IMG/VR virus record: IMGVR_UViG_3300020045_011710
Location: 1 to 26,662 of that record
Source of the DNA: a virus
Taxonomy: Duplodnaviria > Caudoviricetes
Strand: one strand, 5' to 3'
DNA: 26,662 bases
Below the pieces are notes generated by a model. That model searched no databases. It was not told the origin of the DNA and saw only the letters and a list, made by a program, of their open reading frames with translations. Numbering within the stretch: the stretch's first letter is position 1; each line of letters begins with the position of its first letter. The position numbers and the translations under genes are program-made. Shown here one piece after another: positions 1 through 6,921 of this stretch.

Positions 1-49
1 AGGGTCCAATTTAATAACATTTCAGGGGTCGAATTATTTAAAGAAATAA

Positions 50-57
50 TAGATTTG
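50..57 (+). promoter_or_regulatory. Bacteroidota -7 promoter element (TAnnTTTG)
   Basis: TAGATTTG upstream of ATG 88. Confidence 0.45.
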
Positions 58-837
58 TGCAATATTATTAGACCAAATACAGTCGAAATGATTCCTGCGG
101 TAGATCAAATACCAGGTGAAGGTAGCGATTGGGTCGACGTTCCTGTGGATGGATGCCACGACATTATCTATAAGTTAGATGGCGAATTTATGGATTTAGG
201 ACCAGACGATATAACGATCGTTAATCACGCCAAATTTGCCATGGAAAAGGAAGTTTTGGTAGAGCTTAATATAAATCCTGCACTGTTTAAATACGCTAAA
301 AAAGTGGCGCGGGATTACGACGTTAAGTTTAAGGTTTTAGCCGAAAATCAGGTTTTTGATGGCCGTAAGAAGTCGATTTCGGTTTACCGACGTATCGAAA
401 ATGCTATAAGAGAAAATGCCGACAAAGTAATAATCGATGAATCGGAAATCGGAATCCAGACCGTTCGTGTTTATGCTTCGCAATTATCGGCATTCCGGGA
501 AAACAAAATAAGAGTGTCTTCGGATAACGGAAAAATAATTTTGTATTTCAATCCGGTATCAAAAACGGAAATGGTCACAAAAAACATTGTCGACATATTA
601 AGAAAGTCTGTAACCGAAATCGGAAGCGAAATGACGGCTTCAGCTGTTAACGATGCTGTTGAATTAGTTCTGGGCGATTTAGGCCAGTATGCAATTCCTG
701 TAACCGAAATCGGAAGCGAAATGACGGCAGAAGTGGAAGCAGAAGAAATAACTGTTTTACAAGACGCTGGGCTGGTTATAAACGAAGAAGCGAAAACGCC
801 TGCAATAGAAACGATCGAAGAAGACAGTGATTTTTAA
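55..837 (+). CDS. Hypothetical phage protein, possibly DNA-binding, with acidic C-terminal tail (…IEEDSDF); true start probably ATG 88 or later
   Basis: 260-aa ORF; a TAGATTTG box at 50-57 overlaps the TTG start, favouring a downstream ATG; internal VTEIGSEMTA duplication. Confidence 0.75.
   Translation: MCNIIRPNTVEMIPAVDQIPGEGSDWVDVPVDGCHDIIYKLDGEFMDLGPDDITIVNHAKFAMEKEVLVELNINPALFKYAKKVARDYDVKFKVLAENQVFDGRKKSISVYRRIENAIRENADKVIIDESEIGIQTVRVYASQLSAFRENKIRVSSDNGKIILYFNPVSKTEMVTKNIVDILRKSVTEIGSEMTASAVNDAVELVLGDLGQYAIPVTEIGSEMTAEVEAEEITVLQDAGLVINEEAKTPAIETIEEDSDF
608..728 (+). repeat. 31-bp exact direct repeat (608-638 and 698-728)
   Basis: CTGTAACCGAAATCGGAAGCGAAATGACGGC occurs twice, 90 bp apart and in frame. 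Confidence 0.95.
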
Positions 838-851
838 AATTCATTAGTGGC

Positions 852-876
852 AACTACTATGCTATACATAGTAGTT
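852..876. other. Perfect 10-bp-stem hairpin in the 3' region of the first gene
   Basis: AACTACTATG-ctata-CATAGTAGTT. Confidence 0.6.
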
Positions 877-888
877 TTATATATTAAT

Positions 889-922
889 AAAAAACCCCGA
901 TATTACTTCGGGGTTTAGTTTT
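889..922. terminator. Bidirectional intrinsic terminator
   Basis: AAACCCCGA-tattact-TCGGGGTTT between convergent genes, with A/T tracts on both sides. Confidence 0.8.
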
Positions 923-1107
923 TAAAGTTGCTTCAAAGTTACATCAATTCTATTTTCGTCAAAATTCCTTAAAATAGAAGTTATTTCGAAAAATCCACGA
1001 TGCCAAATGACTTGCTCTTCTTTTCTTGGTAATTCACATTCGAAAATCGTTTCTTCAAATAAGATGTCATCGTTTTCTGTAATCCAGCGTGTTTTGGTTT
1101 GTTTCAT
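922..1107 (-). CDS. Small hypothetical phage protein (61 aa)
   Basis: ATG ORF with its own TACATTTG box upstream and a terminator downstream. Confidence 0.75.
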   Translation of the reverse strand: MKQTKTRWITENDDILFEETIFECELPRKEEQVIWHRGFFEITSILRNFDENRIDVTLKQL

Positions 1108-1149
1108 AATTTCAAAGTTTTAAATTGATTACTTCGTTGTAATCATATT

Positions 1150-1191
1150 CAAATGTACGACTATATTTTGAATTAAGTACACATAAATCAA
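1150..1191 (-). promoter_or_regulatory. Promoter (-7 TACATTTG, 1150-1157) with imperfect palindromic operator-like motif (1168-1191)
   Basis: TTGAATTA-agtacaca-TAAATCAA; near-identical copy with the same spacing at 1663-1686. Confidence 0.7.
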
Positions 1192-1194
1192 GTA

Positions 1195-1341
1195 TTAACT
1201 TAATTTTAACGTTTTAATAAACTCTCTAGTTTTAATTTCTTCGGATTCGGTCAGTCGAAACGTAATAGGATTTCGTTTTTCTTTGGCGGGTTTACGCCCG
1301 GCATTTTGCCTAGCACCACCGTGTGTTTTTTTAGTTTCCAT
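1195..1341 (-). CDS. Small DNA-binding protein (HGGARxNAGRK basic motif followed by a strand-helix, ribbon-helix-helix/CopG-like)
   Basis: METKKTHGGARQNAGRKPAKEKRNPITFRLTESEE; ATG 1341 preferred over the track start at 1416. Confidence 0.7.
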   Translation of the reverse strand: METKKTHGGARQNAGRKPAKEKRNPITFRLTESEEIKTREFIKTLKLS

Positions 1342-1357
1342 AATTTTTAATATTTTT

Positions 1358-1383
1358 AGAAACCACCCAAAAGAGTGGTTTCT
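1358..1383. other. Intercistronic stem-loop
   Basis: AGAAACCAC-N8-GTGGTTTCT. Confidence 0.5.
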
Positions 1384-1405
1384 TTGTCTAAAATGAAGTA
1401 AGATA

Positions 1406-1594
1406 TTAGTCTTCAATTTCTATTTCTTCAACGATACAATTTTCAAACTTTTCTGGGTTATTTTCAATCAATTGCTCTAACCATTGTTTATCATCTTCGT
1501 AAGTTGGTTCCCAATTGTTATCGTAAAATTTCATTTCTTGAGTGTCAAAATTTTTGTCATTTTTTGTGTTTCTGATGTAAAATAAAGTTTTCAT
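1406..1594 (-). CDS. Small acidic hypothetical phage protein (62 aa)
   Basis: ATG ORF directly downstream of a promoter box. Confidence 0.75.
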   Translation of the reverse strand: MKTLFYIRNTKNDKNFDTQEMKFYDNNWEPTYEDDKQWLEQLIENNPEKFENCIVEEIEIED

Positions 1595-1644
1595 AATTTT
1601 CGGTTTTAAAGTTTGCCGTGTAAATCACTTCCTTAACTCTTGTA

Positions 1645-1686
1645 CAAATATATAACCTATATTTGAATTAAGTACACGTAAATCAA
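1645..1686 (-). promoter_or_regulatory. Promoter (-7 TATATTTG, 1645-1652) with operator-like palindrome (1663-1686)
   Basis: TTGAATTA-agtacacg-TAAATCAA; 23/24 identical to 1168-1191. Confidence 0.7.
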
Positions 1687-1770
1687 AATAATCGTTTAAT
1701 TTTAACATTTACTGCGTTTTTATATGTAATTTTCTTACAAAAAGTAAATTTGCCACTAAATGAAAGTTAT

Positions 1771-1806
1771 AAAAAACCCGACTGTAATAGCCGGGTTTTG
1801 TTTTTT
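1771..1806 (-). terminator. Intrinsic terminator ending the leftward operon (probably bidirectional)
   Basis: Minus strand AAAACCCGGCTATTACAGTCGGGTTTTTT. Confidence 0.8.
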
Positions 1807-2059
1807 AAACTAATAATGTACACATTATGTTATCAATTCGCCACTGTGGATAACCCGCCAACGTTTTCAGCACGGACTGCATATTTCCTGTTTCAGTTTT
1901 GATAAGCCAAATGGCTTGGTTCTTATTCTGTCCAATGAAAACATTATTACACTGGTCGCTATCAAAATACCATAGCTTTGCTAATATTCTGATTTTTACA
2001 TTTGTGAATCCCATATCGATAAGTATCGATTCGACTTCTTTGCTATATTCAGATTCCAT
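1805..2059 (-). CDS. Hypothetical phage protein
   Basis: ORF 1805..2095; ATG 2059 (MESEYSK) overlaps the stop of the small upstream ORF. Confidence 0.65.
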   Translation of the reverse strand: MESEYSKEVESILIDMGFTNVKIRILAKLWYFDSDQCNNVFIGQNKNQAIWLIKTETGNMQSVLKTLAGYPQWRIDNIMCTLLV

Positions 2060-2174
2060 CTTGAAAGCGTTTAATTTCTTCGACAGTTTTATCAAACGTC
2101 ATAGATGTTAGTCTGGCGCATTCCTGCGTGATTTTGTTTGATACCGGAGCAGGACATATTTCGGTTGTTTTCAT
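2049..2174 (-). CDS. Small hypothetical protein (41 aa, MKTTEICPAPVSNK…), not in ORF track
   Basis: Translated by hand; ATG start, and its stop overlaps the next gene's start region. Confidence 0.45.
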   Translation of the reverse strand: MKTTEICPAPVSNKITQECARLTSMTFDKTVEEIKRFQDGI

Positions 2175-2400
2175 CGATTTTGTTTTTAAGGTTCTGGTTT
2201 TTCTTCAGCAGATACTTAATGTATATCTGTTGTAATGTTGTAAAGCATTCCGTAAGGACTACTAATCCCATAAGACGAACGTAAATGTCTGGAATCATTT
2301 CTGGGTAAATTAGAAGTTTTAACCCAAACAAAAGGAAAGCTACGGCATAGATAATAAGCCGTAAATAACTGTTATAAAATTTACGATACAAATTTGTCAT
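2092..2400 (-). CDS. Two-TM membrane protein (holin candidate)
   Basis: Hydrophobic segments LIIYAVAFLLFGLKLLIY and LMGLVVLTECF; ATG 2400 follows the stop at 2406. Confidence 0.6.
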   Translation of the reverse strand: MTNLYRKFYNSYLRLIIYAVAFLLFGLKLLIYPEMIPDIYVRLMGLVVLTECFTTLQQIYIKYLLKKNQNLKNKIDENNRNMSCSGIKQNHAGMRQTNIYDV

Positions 2401-2405
2401 AACAG

Positions 2406-2804
2406 TTAATTTGCTGATAATCCAACAAAGAAAACAGCGCCTAAAATGGCCCATTCATACCATGGGCGTTTTTTGTCTTTTTCTTGCTGTAGTTCTACCG
2501 ACTTAACACGGTAGTCTTCCTTAGCTTTCGCGACGATGTCGTTCTGCGATTTCACTTTAGTAATCTGGGCCTGCAAATCTAAATCCTGCTTAGAAATAAT
2601 TTTGTTAAGACCATTAACCACGAACTTACATGAATCCAGTTTTTTTTCAGCCTGTTCGCCTCGGATCACTTTGTGGTATACTATTTTTAATTGGCGATCA
2701 TTCAGGCAGTGTTTATTTTGCGTGACGTCTGGAATGTTATTCTGCTGTGATCTTACTGAACATGTAATCGCCAGTAGTATCGCCAGGTGTATTATATTTT
2801 TCAT
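2406..2804 (-). CDS. Exported coiled-coil protein with C-terminal TM helix (spanin-like)
   Basis: N-terminal signal (MKNIIHLAILLAITCSVRS-QQ), heptad-rich middle, WAILGAVFFVGL at the C-terminus; overlaps the upstream TM/coiled-coil gene. Confidence 0.6.
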   Translation of the reverse strand: MKNIIHLAILLAITCSVRSQQNNIPDVTQNKHCLNDRQLKIVYHKVIRGEQAEKKLDSCKFVVNGLNKIISKQDLDLQAQITKVKSQNDIVAKAKEDYRVKSVELQQEKDKKRPWYEWAILGAVFFVGLSAN

Positions 2805-3045
2805 TTGGCATTTTGGTTTTAGTAAGCGTTTCCGCTTCGGTTACTGATTGTGTTGATGTTTGCGATATAGCTTCCATTGTGGAATCGCGTTTTACTTCTA
2901 AGGTGTCGACAGTTTTGGCTGCTTCGTCGCGCTCGACCGTTTTTCTTTTGACGTCTGCCGATGAAAACACACCTGCAAAATACATTATTGCCAACACTAT
3001 TATAAGCATTGGAATAATAAATAGTAATGGATTTTTGTTTTTCAT
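2737..3045 (-). CDS. N-terminally anchored membrane protein (i-spanin-like)
   Basis: MKNKNPLLFIIPMLIIVLAIMYFAGVF then a polar helical region; ATGA overlap with the upstream gene. Confidence 0.6.
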   Translation of the reverse strand: MKNKNPLLFIIPMLIIVLAIMYFAGVFSSADVKRKTVERDEAAKTVDTLEVKRDSTMEAISQTSTQSVTEAETLTKTKMPNEKYNTPGDTTGDYMFSKITAE

Positions 3046-3278
3046 TTTTTTAAATCGTTTAAAGTTATTTCTTTTTTTACACAATCGTTTTTGTAATCTG
3101 CTATAGGTCCAGGATAATGTTTTCCCATATAAAAACCAAACTTAATGCAGTCTTCAGATGGTTCTTCCAAAAGCAATTCTAACACTTTTGACCGTTCATG
3201 TTCTGTAGATTGCGATACAGACATTCCATCACCAGGATTTAAACCATAGGTACTATTAGCTGCTCTTATGTAAGCCAT
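3042..3278 (-). CDS. Hypothetical phage protein
   Basis: ORF 3042..3329; likely start ATG 3278 (MAYIRAA). Confidence 0.6.
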   Translation of the reverse strand: MAYIRAANSTYGLNPGDGMSVSQSTEHERSKVLELLLEEPSEDCIKFGFYMGKHYPGPIADYKNDCVKKEITLNDLKK

Positions 3279-3459
3279 ACGATATTTTTTTATAAGGTTC
3301 ATTAAAAGCAGGATCATTGATATCGACAATCGAAACCACGCGCACAGGATTTAATTTTTCCTGAAGCGCGCTGTTAAGTTTATTTAAACGATCTATTTCG
3401 ATTGTAAGCGCATCGATTCTGCGGTTTTGATACTCGATAATTTGGGCGTTTGAATCCAT
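3256..3459 (-). CDS. Small coiled-coil hypothetical protein
   Basis: Heptad pattern IIEYQNRRIDALTIEIDRLNKLNSALQEKL; tight operon packing. Confidence 0.65.
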   Translation of the reverse strand: MDSNAQIIEYQNRRIDALTIEIDRLNKLNSALQEKLNPVRVVSIVDINDPAFNEPYKKISYGLHKSS

Positions 3460-3463
3460 ATCG

Positions 3464-5530
3464 CTACGATTTTTCGATTATTTCCAGCAGTTCTTTGATG
3501 GCGTCGGATTTCTTCGGGTGATCTGAAGCAAATATGGCACGAATTTGAGCGGCCATATCCTTGGTACCACGTTTGTAGTAAGCACGTACTTTTATGTAAC
3601 CAGGATGCGCTAATGCATGTGCATTTTCTTGGTCTAATGCAACCAAAATAGTATTTTTTGGATCTGCATTCACGAAAACTGTTTCAGGCTCCCAAATTAC
3701 TTTTACTGTTTTTTCAGGTGTTGCTGCAGGCGCTGTCGATGGCGTAAACGTTGTTCTAGCAGGTGCAGAAGCTACTGATGCAGTTTGCGCTGGCGCAGGT
3801 GTTTGTACAGGCGCAGGCGTTGCTTTTTCTTCTTGAGCAGCGGTCGGTTGTGTTTTCAACGCTTCGACTTCTGCTGCCATTTCTTCCAGTACCACTTCGA
3901 CAGTCTTACCTTCAATTACTGCAAGTTTTTTAGCCATGGCCAACGTTACCGGATCAACTGCATTCGCTTCTGCGTCGATAGCTGTTTTTATTTCCTGCGC
4001 TTGTTTTATAAGTGATGCAAAATCTTCATCTGTGGTGCTTTCTACCTGCGAAGGTAAAATGTGCAGCGTGCCTATTGTGTACAGTTCGCCATTGAATACC
4101 ATTGGAACGGCAAAAAGTTCAGCTGTACGGGCGTTAATTTTGGCGACCTTATCTTTTTGCGCTTGCAGCACTTTTTCGGCTTCTGCATTCTCGTATGCAT
4201 CCACGCGGGCTTTTAGTTTGTCGTAACGATCGCGTGTTTTCTTAGCCAATGGGTCCAGAAATGAATCGATTGTAGTAGACAATTGTTTTAGGAATCTATT
4301 TTTATTGGCTTTGATTCCTTTAGTGCCGTCGATGTTTGTCGATGCCTTCAACAAAATAGAAACAGATGCTTTTGCTTTTTTAAGTGTTTCCGCGTCTTTT
4401 ACTTCAATCAGTGGATTTTCTAAAAGCACTTTGTCTTGTGCCGCCGCTAGTTCGTGTAGTTCAGTGATGCGATCAGGCGCTAATGTCCCGATAACTTCTA
4501 ATGACACAGGTGGTTTTTTCTTAGCTGGTTCTGCGGCCGCTGCCTCTGTGATTGGTTTGGCTTCATGTACCTGCGCTGTGTCTTCATTGGTTTGTGAGTT
4601 TACAAATTTCATGAGATCAAACCATTGAGGGAAATCCATATCTGTTATTGAAGCAATCGGAATTTGAGCACAGCTAATTGGATGAACATATTCGACGCCG
4701 TCGGAAGTTTCGAAACCCATTTCTGTAATTTCAGCAATTCTATCATGAATATACTGGTTTGTGTCTGTAGTTTCCACTTCCATAACAGCTTCGATTTGTT
4801 GATTTTCGGTTAATTCAACAGGGTTTTTAGCTTTGTTAATACGTTCTAAAAGTTCGCTCCAGTCTTGGTCTGAATCTGTTTCTACACTAACCTGTGTAAT
4901 TGTAAATCCGAAACCCGTGTAATCGTTTCCGGGTTCTTGTGCCAATACTCCCAACTTATAAAGCTGGAATTCGCGCTGTTCTGTTCTTTGTTTAAGTTCT
5001 TCTAGTGTTTTCATTGTTAAAAATTTTGGTTTTGAATTATTAATATTTTCTTTTTTCTGTGATTGTAACCAGTCGATATACTGATCGATTGTTTGATTGC
5101 GCTGCGTAAGTCTTTTTAAATCCTGTTTGAATACTATTTCGCCATAATGGTCCGAATTTTTAATGCAATAGTCGTATAGCTTTGCAATTTTTATATAACT
5201 AAATGCAGGAAATTCCGCTTCTAGCTTCATGAAGTCTTCATGCTTTGGCTCATATTTTACAGTTTGTTCTTTTTCCTTATTAATGATGCCAAAATCCTTT
5301 AGTTTATACTGGTGTAGCTCCACGTGGGTTTTAAAGTTTTCCAGATTGCTGTCGTCGGCGCCTAGATTTAAGACGTTTACTTGGTGCCATATATCGTTAA
5401 AAGCTAATAATATCGTGGTTTGGTTTACGATACCAGATTTTTTAAGGTTGGCCACCTCGTAATATTCGCCTTCAATCTTGACGGAAACGGTTTTTTCGCT
5501 GGCTTGATATGATTTTGGTAATGGTTTCAT
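3464..5530 (-). CDS. Large hypothetical protein with coiled coil (DUF1351-like region), three degenerate ~50-aa repeats and an Ala/Pro/Thr linker; probable internal start at 5014
   Basis: 688-aa ORF; intergenic-looking A-rich stretch before in-frame ATG 5014. Confidence 0.75.
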   Translation of the reverse strand: MKPLPKSYQASEKTVSVKIEGEYYEVANLKKSGIVNQTTILLAFNDIWHQVNVLNLGADDSNLENFKTHVELHQYKLKDFGIINKEKEQTVKYEPKHEDFMKLEAEFPAFSYIKIAKLYDYCIKNSDHYGEIVFKQDLKRLTQRNQTIDQYIDWLQSQKKENINNSKPKFLTMKTLEELKQRTEQREFQLYKLGVLAQEPGNDYTGFGFTITQVSVETDSDQDWSELLERINKAKNPVELTENQQIEAVMEVETTDTNQYIHDRIAEITEMGFETSDGVEYVHPISCAQIPIASITDMDFPQWFDLMKFVNSQTNEDTAQVHEAKPITEAAAAEPAKKKPPVSLEVIGTLAPDRITELHELAAAQDKVLLENPLIEVKDAETLKKAKASVSILLKASTNIDGTKGIKANKNRFLKQLSTTIDSFLDPLAKKTRDRYDKLKARVDAYENAEAEKVLQAQKDKVAKINARTAELFAVPMVFNGELYTIGTLHILPSQVESTTDEDFASLIKQAQEIKTAIDAEANAVDPVTLAMAKKLAVIEGKTVEVVLEEMAAEVEALKTQPTAAQEEKATPAPVQTPAPAQTASVASAPARTTFTPSTAPAATPEKTVKVIWEPETVFVNADPKNTILVALDQENAHALAHPGYIKVRAYYKRGTKDMAAQIRAIFASDHPKKSDAIKELLEIIEKS

Positions 5531-5754
5531 TTTTGAATATTAAATAAGTGTATTAATAGTCTTAACTCTTGAATAGAATTGCAGTTCGGAACTGTTATAT
5601 AATTTTTAGCTCCGATTTTTAATTCTACCAAAGTTGTTCCAGAAATTTCAATTCCAGCATTATCATCGCCAATCCAATACTCGGTAAAAGTTTGGTTTTC
5701 TTCTGTCCACTGATTTTTTTTAAATCCAAGTGATAGTATTTCTTCTTCTGTCAT
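5527..5754 (-). CDS. Hypothetical phage protein
   Basis: MTEEEILSLGF…I/ELxxL pattern typical of small phage proteins; ATGA overlaps on both sides. Confidence 0.75.
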   Translation of the reverse strand: MTEEEILSLGFKKNQWTEENQTFTEYWIGDDNAGIEISGTTLVELKIGAKNYITVPNCNSIQELRLLIHLFNIQK

Positions 5755-5996
5755 CTTATTGGCTGTGATATTGCATGAATAGCTAAATTATCTATAGGTC
5801 TGATTCCAAAAACACATAAAGTATTAATTTCTATTTTTAAATCAAATTCGATGTCTTGCAAATTATATTTTAAAAAAACAAACTCTATAGCGCCTCGAAT
5901 TTCTAGCAATGTTTTACAAGTTAATTCTGAACCTCTATAAAAATTTACGGCTTTCATAAAATCAATCTGTAACTTTTGTAGTGTTTCTAAATCCAT
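5751..5996 (-). CDS. Hypothetical phage protein
   Basis: 81-aa ORF coupled to its neighbours. Confidence 0.7.
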   Translation of the reverse strand: MDLETLQKLQIDFMKAVNFYRGSELTCKTLLEIRGAIEFVFLKYNLQDIEFDLKIEINTLCVFGIRPIDNLAIHAISQPIR

Positions 5997-6142
5997 CGTT
6001 TTAATGTTTTATTAATATTTCTTTTAAGCTGACGCCATTCCTTCCAAAATTCTAACAATGCCAAATTTCTGTCGCGTCTACTACATTGAATACCTACTCG
6101 AATTTCGTATCGTTCCCACTGGTCTAAAATTGGTTTTTTCAT
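5987..6142 (-). CDS. Small basic hypothetical protein (51 aa, MKKPILDQWERYEIR…), not in ORF track
   Basis: Translated by hand; exactly fills the gap between the methyltransferase stop (6146) and ATG 5996. Confidence 0.6.
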   Translation of the reverse strand: MKKPILDQWERYEIRVGIQCSRRDRNLALLEFWKEWRQLKRNINKTLKRWI

Positions 6143-6145
6143 GAT

Positions 6146-6850
6146 CTAAAAATCTAAGACGTCGTTAAATCTTAAAAAAGAACCCCATTGTTCTGCCATT
6201 GCATCGGCGATTCCTTGAAAGGTTTTACTTCTTGTAATACTGCATTTTTTAGCTGAATCGGTAAAATACCTTTTCTTTTCTTCGCCGCCTTTATAATATT
6301 TTGATGGCTTTCTATATTGGATTGCAACGGGTTCGGGTTTTGGGAAATTTCCGTGTACTATTTTTGGCAAGCCTTTGAGCCATAAACAAATATTTTTCAA
6401 ATGCGGTTCGCCAAAATAATAAGGTCGTAATATTTGATCCGGTTTTCTGAAACTGCTGTTCATCCACCCGACCGGATTTTCCAAAGCCACAAGAGGAATC
6501 TTGCAATTGTATAGTGCCATAAAAAATTCGGCAGCTTTTAATCTTTTTTGTTTTCGTTCTACTGCTTTTTGCCCGTAACGTTCTTCATTAAAATAACCTA
6601 TACCGGCGTTGGTTAAATATGTACAAGTAGGAAAGGCAACCATTAAACGCCATTCGTCTATAAAGATTTGAGAACCATCTTGAACCGATAGCCCCCCCCC
6701 TGCAATTGCTTGGAATATATCCATATTCAAGTGCCATTCTGGATGGCCGCCGCTACATTCTAATAAATCACACGAATAAGCTTCAAATCCTAATTTTCTA
6801 AAAGCTATTGTTACTGCTTGCGATTCTTCACAACCTATTAATATTTTCAT
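6146..6850 (-). CDS. Phage DNA cytosine-C5 methyltransferase-like protein
   Basis: MKILIGCEES…AYSCDL SAM-binding start, FPTCTYL catalytic Cys region, ENPV motif VI, RSKTFQGIADAMAEQW C-terminus. Confidence 0.8.
   Translation of the reverse strand: MKILIGCEESQAVTIAFRKLGFEAYSCDLLECSGGHPEWHLNMDIFQAIAGGGLSVQDGSQIFIDEWRLMVAFPTCTYLTNAGIGYFNEERYGQKAVERKQKRLKAAEFFMALYNCKIPLVALENPVGWMNSSFRKPDQILRPYYFGEPHLKNICLWLKGLPKIVHGNFPKPEPVAIQYRKPSKYYKGGEEKKRYFTDSAKKCSITRSKTFQGIADAMAEQWGSFLRFNDVLDF
6692..6700 (-). repeat. G9 homopolymer in methyltransferase coding strand
   Basis: C9 on the + strand; encodes Gly-Gly-Gly as GGG GGG GGG. Confidence 0.95.
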
Positions 6851-6868
6851 TTACTATTTATTAATGCA

Positions 6869-6876
6869 CAAATATA
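6869..6876 (-). promoter_or_regulatory. -7 promoter element for the C5-methyltransferase operon
   Basis: TATATTTG 18 nt upstream of ATG 6850, in an intergenic gap. Confidence 0.6.
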
Positions 6877-6921
6877 CAAATCTGTTTTAACCTACCAAAT
6901 TTTATATATAAAATTTTATAA

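Noticed and set aside
1745-1806. Plus-strand TAAATTTG box followed by a terminator as a ~50-nt sRNA
   Set aside because: The transcript would be almost entirely the terminator of the opposite operon; support is too weak.
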